Assembly: GCA_950097015.1 (NCBI GenBank)
Contig: CATNEN010000007.1
Coordinates: 1,302,001-1,366,000, forward strand
Direction of reading: 5' to 3'
From: Macrostomum hystrix
Taxonomy: Eukaryota; Animalia; Platyhelminthes
DNA: 64,000 nucleotides
The translations under genes and the position numbers were made by a program. The first letter of the stretch is position 1. The number at the start of each line of letters is the position of its first letter. This document shows positions 13,295-24,714 of the stretch, piece after piece. The notes under the pieces are model-generated. The model made no database searches. It had not been told where the DNA came from and saw only the letters and a program-made list of their open reading frames with translations.

Positions 13295-16200
13295 TTAGAC
13301 CACAATTTCGTACATGACTTTGCTTCGCGTGCTGGTACTGTCTCGCGGAGGCTGCTGCTGATCCTGGGTGTTGTTGGTCTTCTGTCTCAGGCCGATCATG
13401 GAAGAGCTGGATGTGGTAGCAGCGGCGGCAGCTGCAGCGGCAACCGCCTTTCCGTTGTTGCCGACGGTGGCTGTCCGCGGCGGGCCAAGGGTGGAGCTAC
13501 TAGACAGCTTGCGGCCTGCGGGCGCAATGCGATTGTGGATCGAGCAATTGATCAGTAAATAATCGTCAGTTTAGATGTTTATTAAGTACCTTGGATATAG
13601 AGAATTTAATAATGATGCCATGATTGACAATTTCAGCGATCAGGGCATGCGTATTCAAGATGAAGCCGAGGGTCTAAGACATTGGAGATTGAGGCTTGTT
13701 GATAATGGACTAAGGCCTGGAGATTTGTTAAGGGATCAACGTGTGTAGATTTGAAAGATTTGAAAGAAAGTGCCTGGAGATTAAGGACCAAGGCCAGTGG
13801 ATTAGGGATCAAGGCCTGTGGAATAGACAGGGATCAGGGGTCTGGAGATTAGAGATCAGAGGCCTGGAGATTAGAGATCAGGGGCCTGGAGATTAGAGAT
13901 CAGGGGCCTGGAGATTGGGGATCAGGGGCCTGGAGATTGGGGATCAGGATCGGAGTATCAAATGTCAAAATAAGTTACCACAAAGTATGAAAACTTGGGT
14001 TGCTATTAAAAACTAGGGATTAGAGAGCAAGATAACGGAATTCTCAGTTAAGGATCCAGAAAACACGGATTGGGTGAACAATTAATCGATTCTCGCTTGG
14101 CCACCGACCTGCGGCCCCTCCAGAACCCGATGGTAGCAGCGATCCCAGCTCGGCCAATCGAGGCGAAAATGCTCCCGCGCTGCCGCCTTCCGGACTCTCC
14201 ACCGTGGTGGCAAAGGTTGTGTCCACCACCTTGCCGTCGACCGTCGCGCCTTCCTCATCGAAATCGCCCCATGGACTGCCGGAGCTGTTGGAGAAATGTT
14301 CGAGGGAGACGACTGACTGTCCGCCTGTTGCATCTACTCCACACAGCCTGACTCTCAGCCTGTTGCATCTACTCCACACAGCCTGACTCACAGCATGTTG
14401 TATCTACTCCACACAGCCTGACTCTCAGCCTGTTGCATCTACTCCACACAGCCTGACTCTCAGCCTGTTGCATCTACTCCACACAGCCTGACTCTCAGCC
14501 TGTTGTATCTACTCCACACAGCCTGACTCTCAGCCTGTTGCATCTACTCCACACAGCCTGACTCTCAGCCTGTTGCATCTACTCCACACAGCCTGACTCT
14601 CAGCCTGTTGCATCTACTCCACACAGCCTGACTCTCAGCCTGTTGCATCTACTCCACACAGCCTGACTCTCAGCCTGTTGTATCTACTCCACACAGCCTG
14701 ACTCTCAGCCTGTTGCATCTACTCCACACAGCCTGACTCTCAGCCTGTTGCATCTACTCCACACAGCCTGACTCTCAGCCTGTTGCATCTACTCCACACA
14801 GCCTGACTCTCAGCCTGTTGCATCTACTCCACACAGCCTGACTCTCAGCCTGTTGTATCTACTCCACACAGCCTGACTCTCAGCCTGTTGCATCTACTCC
14901 ACACAGCCTGACTCTCAGCCTGTTGCATCTACTCCACACAGCCTGACTCTCAGCCTGTTGCATCTACTCCACACAGCCTGACTCTCAGCCTGTTGCATCT
15001 ACTCCACACAGCCTGACTCTCAGCCTGTTGTATCTACTCCACACAGCCTGACTCTCAGCCTGTTGCATCTACTCCACACAGCCTGACTCTCAGCCTGTTA
15101 TCTATACCATATATTTTTTGTCTCTGAATTCAATATTATTTGTAAAGTATTTCTATATATTAAATGCCGTAGATTTGCTTCTCTTGCCGGAATCGCATCG
15201 AGATAAAAATCTTTAGATAAGAAATTTCTTGCATAGAAAAAAGCAAATAAAATGGGGTGCAGCATATAATTGCTACCCTTTTCAAGCCCCACAGAGCTGA
15301 TGACATAACACAGTACAGCTGCTGCCTGCATGGCTAAAACTATCTTGCTTGCTATTTTCACCTGCTTCCCGGCAGACCGGTTGTTACTAAAGAAGACAGC
15401 GCCGATTGTCTTCTGCGGCCCCTCCTACTGGGCCGGCCGGACGAGCGCTGAGCTGCTCCGTCGTAATTATCTGTTGCCTTGGCAACAGAATCGCGCAGAC
15501 GCTTTTTATTTCTTCGACAGCACATGCAGACCAGGACAATGAGTAAGGCGACTATTATTGTGCCGCAGATTGCAGCCACAATGCCAATGGTGCCCACTGT
15601 TACATTCGGCAGCTTGCCAACTGTACGTGTGTGCGGGTGGGTGGGCGTTTTTGGGTGACGGCAAATGTTTTGAGTTCCAGAATCTGTGAGGAGATGCTGT
15701 GTTGATGCTGAGAGGAGACGAAGGCCTTGACTGGGTTCTAAAGCTAATATTAATCTTAGCTTTAATTCCCAATCTTCAGACTTTACACCGCTTAAACTTC
15801 AGTCGGCTAATTTGCCATTATAGCCCTCAAACTTCAGTTGCCTAATTTGCCATTATACCCCTGAAACTTCGGTAGCCTAGTCTGCCATTATACCCCTGAA
15901 ACTTCGGTAGCCTAGTCTGCCATTATACCCCTGAAACTTCGGTTGCCTAATCTGCCATTATACCCCTGAAACTTCGGTAGCCTAGTCTGCCATTATACCC
16001 CTGAAACTTCGGTAGCCTAGTCTGCCATTATACCCCTGAAACTTCGGTAGCCTAGTCTGCCATTATACCCCTGAAACTTCGGTAGCCTAGTCTGCCATTA
16101 TACCCCTGAAACTTCGGTAGCCTAATCTGCCATTATACCCCTGAAACTTCGGTAGCCTAGTCTGCCATTATACCCCTGAAACTTCGGTAGCCTAGTCTGC

Positions 16201-16908
16201 CATTATACCCCTGAAACTTCGGTAGCCTAATCTGCCATTATACCCCTGAAACTTCGGTAGCCTAGTCTGCCATTATACCCCTGAAACTTCGGTAGCCTAA
16301 TCTGCCATTATACCCCTGAAACTTCGGTAGCCTAGTCTGCCATTATACCCCTGAAACTTCGGTAGCCTAGTCTGCCATTATACCCCTGAAACTTCGGTAG
16401 CCTAGTCTGCCATTATACCCCTGAAACTTCGGTAGCCTAGTCTGCCATTATACCCCTGAAACTTCGGTAGCCTAATCTGCCATTATACCCCTGAAACTTC
16501 GGTAGCCTAGTCTGCCATTATACCCCTGAAACTTCGGTAGCCTAGTCTGCCATTATACCCCTGAAACTTCGGTAGCCTAGTCTGCCATTATACCCTGAAA
16601 CTTCCGTCGCCTTATCTGCATTATAACCATTTAACTTCAGTCGCCGAATCTGCCATTATAGCCCTTAAACTTCAGTCGCCTAATTTGCCATTTCTGAATT
16701 AAATTGAAAGGCTAAGGCATGGTAATGATTTCGAATATTATTAGTTGCCTAACTTACAGACACTATCGACAAATTCGGCATTCCTGTGTCCGTCGACTTC
16801 AACCAGATTATTAGATGGAGTTGTAGCTTTGGCATGCCGGACTAGTTCAGTGTGATTCCGATTTCGAATTTCAGCTATTCCGGATTCAGTAGCTGGTAGC
16901 GAGTCCAT
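13295..16908 (-). CDS. Uncharacterised single-pass (type III-like) membrane protein, probably 4 exons
   Basis: Exon 1 is 16908-16758 (MDSLPATES...NHT...DSV, donor GTAAGT). Exon 2 starts at 15620 (GKLPNVTVGTIGIVAAICGTIIVALLIVLVCMCCRRNKKR: TM helix, Cys cluster, basic stop-transfer). Exon 3 is 14324-14109 (216 nt). Exon 4 is 13515-13295, ending SKVMYEIVV*. The exon 2 donor is unresolved. Confidence 0.6.
13790..13950. repeat. ~23-bp intronic tandem repeat
   Basis: Unit GGGGCCTGGAGATTRGRGATCA. Confidence 0.8.
14325..15097. repeat. 35-bp intronic minisatellite
   Basis: Unit CTGTTGCATCTACTCCACACAGCCTGACTCTCAGC, about 22 near-identical copies. Confidence 0.95.
15830..16690. repeat. 35-bp intronic minisatellite
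   Basis: Unit TCTGCCATTATACCCCTGAAACTTCGGTAGCCTAG, about 22 copies with degenerate edges. Confidence 0.95.
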
Positions 16909-18241
16909 CCGCTAGATTTAACGTTCTCTGATGAAACTTCTGCTAATTCGGAATCAGGCTTTTCTAACTTTTTACTATCAATGAAAATGTAGCTGAGTTG
17001 AGAGATAAAAAGCTAGTGAATAAGACAACTCTTGTTTTATACAAAATTTTGCTTCGTTGGGGAGGGTGGACTAAAATTGAAATAACAAGACAGCAGAGGC
17101 GAATGGCAAAGAAAAGAGAAATATATAAATGGTGCGATGACTCACAAAACCAATTAGGTCTCGAGGACCCAAAGGAAAGGCATGAGGGAGACCCGTGCTA
17201 CCCCTTATTCAAATAGGCCTTGTCGTTTTATATTTAGCTAATGCTTTGGACTGGGCGAAACCCCTCCAGGGGCCCCAATTGCATGTGTACATTGCGCAAT
17301 GTACATTTATAATTAAAGCATTCGAACCCTTCCTCCACCACAAACCCTCAATGTGCGAAGCTGTCAGAAACTTCGGCGCTGGGGGTTGACGCTCATTAAG
17401 GGGTTAAAGTCGCACAAATTATTGATTGAATAAGTGAGGGACTGAAGTGAAGAGAGTCAGAGAGCGAATTGAAGCAGACAAAGGAAACAAAGTCGAAGGG
17501 TGAGCGAGGAAAACCAACAGCGCGCTGGCGAATTGGGCCGGGGGGTGAACTGAACGACTAACTGGTTGATCCACGGTCCATGGAGTTCTGGATCTAGAAA
17601 CTTTCTAGATTTCTAGAGATCCATGCATGGTTGATCAAAATTTCAGTGTACGAGGCGTAGCATTTGACGTACGTCACAAAATCTATATATATAAAAGTGA
17701 AAACTCTGTCTGTCTGTCTGTCTGTCTGTGTGCAACCTTTTGTCTTTATAGACGCCGAAACCGCTCAACCAAATCGCACCAAACTTTGCACATACCTAAA
17801 ACCACCTACGCTGAGTGCAATAGGCTACTCAAATTCCCGAAAAATCATTTCCTTCCTGCTCAAAAGTGCAAAAAACTGCTCAAAAATCGTCAAAAAATCA
17901 CTCAATTCGACATATCGTCGCCCCACTTTGTCAGATTTTCTCCAAATTTGATCCACTTACACTTTACATGTTTTCCAACAATGCTGTCAATTTTGAACAT
18001 CTCTACTCAATCGAGAGCAAAGCTGCATCATCTCAAAGTGAGTCACTTTTTGTTTTCCGAGGACAGCCACCCCAACTCCCCTCCGCCACTCTGCGGGCCA
18101 AATTTTATTACAGCCACCCCCTCCCTTCCCCGGGCGCCGAAGCCCCAGACTGTACATTGTATTTCAAGCCGTGAATGTACACAGCCCAAACCCCTAGACT
18201 GTCTACTGGCCCCCAAGCAGCACTGAGACTGAGTGCGGTGA

Positions 18242-18943
18242 GTGCGGTGGCGTCCCAGTGCGCAGGGCTCTCCGGTCGATATTTCTCTCCAGCCAGCCTG
18301 GGATAGAAGAAAGAGAGAGGCTGGCGTTGACTGGCTGTCAGAGAGGGCAATTCTGTGTCCTAGAAATGATGCCGCCAACGAAATTAACTACCAACTGCTT
18401 CAGGAGTTGCCAGGTGCAGTTTTCACCTACAAGTCAATTGATACAACGTTGACTGATGACACCGCTGTGGAGTATCCTGTTGAGTTTCTGAACTCTCTAG
18501 ATCCTCCTGGAACTCCATCGCACAACTTGCAGCTGAAAGTTGGGGCACCAATTATGCTCCTCCGCAACCTGAATGCGCCAAGGCTGTGTAACGGCACCAG
18601 ACTGATAGTCAGGCGGCTCTTCCCACACGTGATTGAGGCCACGATAATGACTGGATCTGGCAGAGGAGAGTCTGTGTTCGTTCCCCGGATTCCAATTATC
18701 CCCACGGACCTGCCATTTCAGTTCAAGCGACTGCAGTTCCCTGTGAGAGTGTGCTTTGCGATGACTATTAACAAGGCTCAGGGACAGTTGCTGAAGGTGG
18801 CTGGCATCAACCTGGAGACTCCTTGCTTCTCGCATGGGCAGCTTTATGTCGCCTGCTCCCGTGTTGGAACTCCAGCTGGCCTATTCATTTTCGCACCAAG
18901 GGGAAGAACGAAGAATGTGGTGTATCCCCAGGCCTTGAGGTGA
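18242..18943 (+). pseudogene. C-terminal half of a Helitron Pif1-family (RepHel) helicase
   Basis: WLSERAILCPRN, EFLNSLDPPGTPSHNLQLKVGAPIMLLRNLNAPRLCNGTRL, FKRLQFPVRVCFAMTINKAQGQ, FSHGQLYVACSRV. The Rep domain and Walker A are absent. Confidence 0.92.
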
Positions 18944-19095
18944 CTCGCAAGCAATTAATAGAAAAGTAGTCACGAATTGACCTTGACCTGTCTAACTCTG
19001 AACTCTGAAACAGTTTAATTTTGTTTCTTTGACATTGTTATTGTTATGCCATGGCTATTTTCCTTATGTATACGCGTGTACATGCATACTGTATA

Positions 19096-19368
19096 CAGAG
19101 GCAGATTTAGGGGGGGGCGGGGGGGCAGTCGCCCCCCTAAATTTTAATCATGGGAATAAGATGCCCCCACCAGGGGCGCCAGTCGCAGCACTGGCGCCCC
19201 TTTTCGGCCGCTGGCGCCCCTTTTTCAGCCGCTGGCTCCCGTTTTTCAGCCGCTGGCGCCCTTTCTTGGCTCCTGGCGCCCTTTTTCGGCCGCTGGCACC
19301 CACTCTGTGTTTCTCATGGCGCTCCCCTGACAGACCGCCCCAAAACAAAATTCCTGGATCTGCCACTG
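19096..19368. mobile_element. hAT-type MITE (273 bp) nested in the Helitron
   Basis: TIRs CAGAGGCAGATTTAGG and CCTGGATCTGCCACTG. Perfect 8-bp TSD ACTGTATA at 19088-19095 and 19369-19376. Internal GCTGGCGCCCC tandem units. Confidence 0.9.
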
Positions 19369-19787
19369 ACTGTATAGAGGAGTGGCTAAGCTAAGAGACA
19401 TGTTTCTAAAGAAGTAATCAAGAGGGGGCTGTTTGGACAAACTTTTCACTTATTTTTTACTTAAAACGCCCTTAAACAAACTCTTCACTTTTCATTAATG
19501 CAGTAAATAAATAAATGGTGACCTTCACTATAAAGTTAATACAGAGACGTGAATTGCTTACTGCTTTGCTTTAAATTTCTGCCCCAAAAACAACGGGCAA
19601 AAAAAGCTAGTATAGCCATAAGACTCTAGGCCAAAATTTAGACGTGAAGTGTGCTAGATCAAAATTTTTGTCTAGGACTAGGACTAAAATCACGGTTGCT
19701 GAACGGGAGTTTACCAACTTCTTAAGCTTTCTTATTTGTGTTATTACCCTTCTAAAGACTTCGTTTCCGTTCGTTAAAAAGCTATAG

Positions 19788-21034
19788 CTGTGAGCTCTGT
19801 CGCTGACACTAATTCAGACCGATCGAATCTACAACTCATGGTCTCCGGCGCCGTTGTTCCGTGCGATGATGACAATCCTGCCTCAAAGATTAGCTTTGGT
19901 AAAGCGGCCAAGGACAAAGTAGCGGTGAGTGGCAAAGTAAAAAGGCTTAAACACTCAAAGGGAGTTCCTAAAGTGCTGAGATCCACAGAATATGAACACG
20001 ACTCAGATTGCTCAACTAGCCGTATTGAATCAAGCGATGATATTAGGCATGATATTTCTAGCTCGATAGAGAAGTACAATACGACAGAGGAGAACAAGAC
20101 AACAAAGGAGGACAAGACAACAGAGGAGGACAAGATGATAGAGGACAGGACGACAGAGAAGGACAAGACAACAGAGGAGGACAAGATGATAGAGGACAGG
20201 ATGACAGAGGAGGACAAGATGATAGAGGACAGGACGACAGAGGAGGACAAGACAACAGAGGAGGACAAGATGATAGAGGACAGGACGACAGAGGAGGACA
20301 AAACAACAGTGGAGGACAAGATGATAGAGGACAGGACGACAGAGGAGGACAAGATGATAGAGGACAGGACGACAGATGAGGACAAGACAACAGAGGAGGA
20401 CAAGACGACAGAGGAGGACAGCACAACAGAGGAGGACAACACAACAGAGGAGGACAACACAACAGAGGAGGACAAGATGATAGAGGACAGGACGACAGAT
20501 GAGGACAAGACAACAGAGGAGGACAAGACAACAGAGGAGGACAAGACGACAGAGGAGGACAAGACGACAGAGGAGGACAAGACGACAGAGGAGGACAAGA
20601 CGACAGAGGAGGACAAGCTAGATACGGACATTAAGAAAGAAGTAGCTCATGAGGCGCACAAGAAAGCAGAGGCAGACAAGGAGTCTGAGGAGAACGAGAA
20701 CGCTGAGGCGGACAAAAAGGCGGCTGCCAAAAAGAAGAGCAGTACAGATGCTGTCTCGAAGGAAACTCCTGCAGATGCGGCTGCCAAGGCCGCTAGACCC
20801 ACGATGGCACCGGTTATTAAACCCGGAGAGAAAGCAAAAAAATATGACATGACCAAAAGTGCTGCAGCCAACACCAAAGAAGAAGAGGCCAGATTGAAAA
20901 AGGTCAAGCTAGGAGAGATGGGAAAGAAAAAACGAGCAAAGAAGGAGAATAAGAAAGAAATGGAAACATACAAAGGCAAGAAAAAGGCAAAGGAAGAGGC
21001 ACAGAAAGGGAAAATGAGGCGAAAAAGCTGGTAG
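19788..21034 (+). CDS. Long low-complexity ORF/exon with TEEDKT/MIEDR repeats and a Lys-rich C-terminus; unknown protein
   Basis: About 414 open codons, a candidate acceptor TATAG ending at 19787, coding-like non-repeat flanks and AATAAA at 21173. No homology recognised and no upstream exon found. Confidence 0.5.
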
Positions 21035-21468
21035 ACCTGAAGAAGAAGTAAAAACTGAAAGTTGACGATAAGAGAGGCCGAGTACCTTCGACTAATGGTT
21101 TCTGTTCTGCCCTCGGTTTCTCATTTTTGTTTTATTCGTTCTAATTTCATTGACGCCCAAATGATCAGAGAAAATAAATATGTGCCTTAGTCAATCCATA
21201 TAAAGAATTTTAAATTCGAAGCAATTTAATTTCATACGAAATATAAATTCTTCCCTACTTATTGAAATAGTAAAAATGCCTGAAGTATATTGGATAGGAA
21301 AGTTTATAGACCTGCACTTGATCGTAAAGTTGTGTATTTTGCTAAACAGCATCAAGCACAGAATCATATGTCAGAGTCAGTAAGGGCAGTACCGATAGGT
21401 CGCATGGTGGCGGTGAGGCATTCTGTTCAGAGGCATTCTGAATCTTAATACGAGCTCAAGATTCTAGT

Positions 21469-22392
21469 TTACTCATCTTCTTCATCTTCCTCCTCTCCCT
21501 GTCCTCTGTGGCCTGTTGGGCTTGGTCTTGGTCGGTTATGATCTCCATTGTGATCATCATCGTCGTCGTCATCATCATCATCGTCATCGTCGTCGTCATT
21601 CTCCTCATCATCGTCGTCGTCATTCTCTTCATCATCGTCGTCGTCATCGTCGTCGTCATTCTCCTCATCATTGTCGTCGTCATCGTCTTCGTCATTCTCC
21701 TCATCATCGTCGTCGTCATCGTCGTCGTCATTCTCCTCATCATCGTCGTCGTCATCGTCGTCGTCATTCTCCTCATCATCGTCGTCGTCATCGTCGTCGT
21801 CATTCTCCTCATCATCGTCGTCGTCATCGTCGTCGTCATTCTCCTCATCATCGTCGTCGTCATCGTCGTCGTCATTCTCCTCATCATCGTCGTCGTCATC
21901 GTCATCATCATCATCATTCTCCTCATCATCGTCGTCATCATTCTCCTCATCATCATCGGTCTCTCTTTGTCTTCTGTGACCTGCAGTTGGGTTTGGTCTT
22001 GATCCATCATGATCTTCCTCATCTTCCTCCTCGTCTTCTTCCTCATCATCTTCCTCCTCGTCCTCTTCGTCCTCTTCGTCGTCACTGTCTCTTCGCTTTG
22101 GCTTGGGTCCTTTGTGCGTGTCGTCGTTGTCATCATCATCGCCTCCATCGTGATCGTCACCGGTTGGTTCCAAGTTGTCATTGTCCATCTGGTCACGCTT
22201 AGACATCAGCTCAGAGCCAGAGCCGTGTCGCTGCGGCATCTGTCGGTGGAAGCGGCAGGGTGCAGAACAGTTGGTCATTAAAACGAAGATAAGAAGAACT
22301 GAAAATAAAAAAGCTAGTCAAGCAGTGTCAAGGATACTCACCGCAGCGATCGCAGCCACACCAACAAGCAGCAACAGCAGGATCAGCCTCAT
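21469..22392 (-). CDS. Secreted Asp/Glu-rich protein, 2 exons, ~273 aa
   Basis: Exon 1 (22392-22342) is the signal peptide MRLILLLLLVGVAAIAA with donor GTGAGT. A 102-nt intron is followed by exon 2 (22239-21469) in phase 0: MPQRHGSGSELMSKRDQMD...KRRDSDDEE...(EENDDDDDDDD)n...RPRPSPTGHRGQGEEEDEEDE*. Confidence 0.82.
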
Positions 22393-22487
22393 TGCTTTGC
22401 AGTGCTCGATTTCAAAGAAACTATCGTTGCACAACCTTGAGAGAACTTGCTCGAATTTGGCTTAATAGCGAACTAAAATATGCGCAG

Positions 22488-22495
22488 ATTTATAG
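22488..22495 (-). promoter_or_regulatory. Candidate TATA box of the Asp-rich secreted gene
   Basis: CTATAAAT on the minus strand ~96 nt upstream of the ATG. Confidence 0.5.
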
Positions 22496-23185
22496 CCACG
22501 CAGAGATCCGGACTGCCATTGTTGGCATCCTGAGGCACCAGTCTTACAACTGTTTACGCAGCTTTACGCTTGCATAAGCTTGCGTCACTTTTCGAAATCT
22601 TCTGGTGCGTCCAGATGTGTTTATTCAGCATTTTAGTACAATGACAATTCAATAAAAAGGATCCGAAAAGTTTTTAAGCGTCTCTATTTAGAAGACAATG
22701 GTGAGACTTTAAAGAAATTTATTTAACTTTTAAAAAGAACTTCAGTCCATATGCAGTGGTGCAGTGGTTAATGCGCACTACACTTATATCAGATCAGTGG
22801 TCAACAGGTTCTGTCGGATCTCACGATTGATTTCGGATTCCAGCTATCATGAATGGCGACATGAGAACCCTGGCCAATGGCAATAAATAGCATTATTGTT
22901 AGCGAATGTTGACCTGTTAGCAGGTGAGGATCATGAATAAGTCTTACTAACCAGTGAATGAATAGTGAAAAATGAGAAAAAATTCACAATAACCATTTCC
23001 TTCAGAGTGTTTGCTTTTTCAGGCTTCAATGCTGAAATGTGAATGGAAATCGCAAACTAAGTTACTCTTTGCTCTTTCAACTCCAAAATCGCAGGACGTT
23101 GCATTCTATTAAATATTCTTATGAATCAGTTTAGAAATTAAGTTATTAAGTTAAGTTAAAAATTAACTTAAAAAAATTAAGTTAA

Positions 23186-23325
23186 AACAGCATCGGTCGT
23201 CAACCCACATCTTCAATGCGTCGGTCGTCAACGCCGCGCCTTGAAGGCGTCGGTCGTCAACCCGCGCCTTCAAGGCGTCGGTCGTCAACCCCGCGCCTTC
23301 AAGGCGTCGGTCGTCAAACAGCATC
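23186..23325. repeat. ~28-bp tandem repeat, about 5 copies
   Basis: Unit GCGTCGGTCGTCAACCCGCGCCTTCAAG, bracketed by AACAGCATC direct repeats. Confidence 0.8.
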
Positions 23326-23604
23326 TTCTTCTAATGTGCTCCTATTCAAAAAATGAAAAAATATTTTGCATTGGGGAAGCATAGCAAAAGAAGCATCATG
23401 GTTACATCGTTTGTTATTTTACAAAAGTGCCGACCAGATATGAAGCGCTGTCAAAACTGAGAATACCTTCGTGTTTTTATTTTGAGAAAAAGAAATATAT
23501 TTATTTCTTTCTATTTATACCAGCTTAGTAATGTTATAACGGACCAGCAACGTAGTTAATATATAATAGTTTATATTTAATAACACCTGCCCCAATTAGG
23601 CCAG

Positions 23605-24197
23605 ATGTGCAGCGGAAACTTACCTCGGCGGTCTGGTGCTCAATGGCGCAGAGGACTCGCATGAGCGGCCTACCGTTCGATCCGGGCCGTCCTCCAGTCC
23701 ACAGCGCTGCCTGACCGCCAGAGGGCTCGGCTGTGGCAGGCGGTGGTCGAGACCGTCCTGCTGTACAACGCCGAGTCGTGGACGCTGACGGCTACGCTGG
23801 AGCGGCAGCTGGACTCGGCGCACTCGGGGCTGCTCCGTGCGGCCTTTCAAGCTGACGAGAGCGTCGGGACCAAGGCTCTGTACGAGAGAGCCCAGCTGCA
23901 ACGCCCGTCCACCATCCTGCGCCAGCGGCGACTTCGACTAGCGGGCCACGTTATTCGGGCCGAGAGCTACTGCCGCCGGCCCGCCCAGGACGACCTGCTG
24001 CTTACCCTGCAGGGCCCGTTCAGGCGCGGCCAGGCTCGAACCCGCCGCTACGTCGACTGCTTGCTGAGCGACGCCGGGGCGCCCGACACTGCCACCGGCG
24101 CGGACCATGTTCGCGCACTGGCTCTGCGGCGCGCCATCTGACGCTGCCTCCCTGACTTTTGGGGCTAGCTTATTTTGTTGTTGTTGTTGTTGTTGTT
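23605..24197 (+). mobile_element. 5'-truncated RTE-like LINE, 3' end with (TTG)n tail
   Basis: YLGGLV, QAVVETVLLYNAESWTLT, LRQRRLRLAGHVIR, GPFRRGQ, stop at 24141, then (TTG)8 at 24175-24197. Confidence 0.85.
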
Positions 24198-24714
24198 GCA
24201 GCCGAAAGCACAGCCGCAGTCATTGCGCGGCGCATCTAAAGACTGCGTACGGCTGTTCAGTCCATGGACTGGGACATCCATTTCTTGAGCTGCTTTTCTC
24301 ACAGAACGGGTCCCATCTTTCATTGTTTGAGAAACACACATAGAGAGGTCTGATGATTCATCTTCATATAAAATTTCGATAAATTTTTCGTCATATGTCA
24401 TCATCATCAACAAAAGGATGAGATATTTCAAAGCCGTGCATGCATCTTTAGTCTCTTAGGTGCGTTCAGAGCTCTGATATTCTAGACAAGAAGCATACGA
24501 CAATCAGCAAGCTTTTGCCTGGACATACTCTACTACTTTAAGAGAATCAGTAGTACGTTAAGAAGTATAAGCATTTTTTCAAAATAAAAATGTTTTTGCT
24601 TAAACTAAAAGATTGTACCAACTGCCGAGAACCCTAACATTGTTTCACAATCTAAAACCAAGAACCCAACATTTTAGCCACTCCAGAGTCCAGAAACTAC
24701 AGGGCAAACTACTA

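Larger units (their letters stand above)
17682..19610 (+). mobile_element. Non-autonomous Helitron (internally deleted)
   Basis: 5' end A|TCTATATATATAAAAG followed by (TCTG)n. 3' hairpin TGCCC-CAAAAACAAC-GGGCA, then CTAG|T at 19607-19611. The element sits in an AT dinucleotide with no TSD and carries a Pif1 helicase fragment. Confidence 0.85.

Noticed and set aside
17495-17515. GAAGG|GTGAGC donor as an upstream exon for the 19788 ORF
   Set aside because: The required frame hits a TGA shortly upstream and no convincing acceptor or ATG was found.
21456-22202. ORFs rich in Ile/Val, His/Arg, Ser or Met/Thr over the GAT/GAC tract
   Set aside because: Alternative and antisense frames of the poly-Asp exon, with no splice or signal support.
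24345-24400. CTGATGA (also at ~16928 and ~18453) as a hammerhead ribozyme core
   Set aside because: No stem II followed by GAAA, nor flanking stems, could be built by eye.
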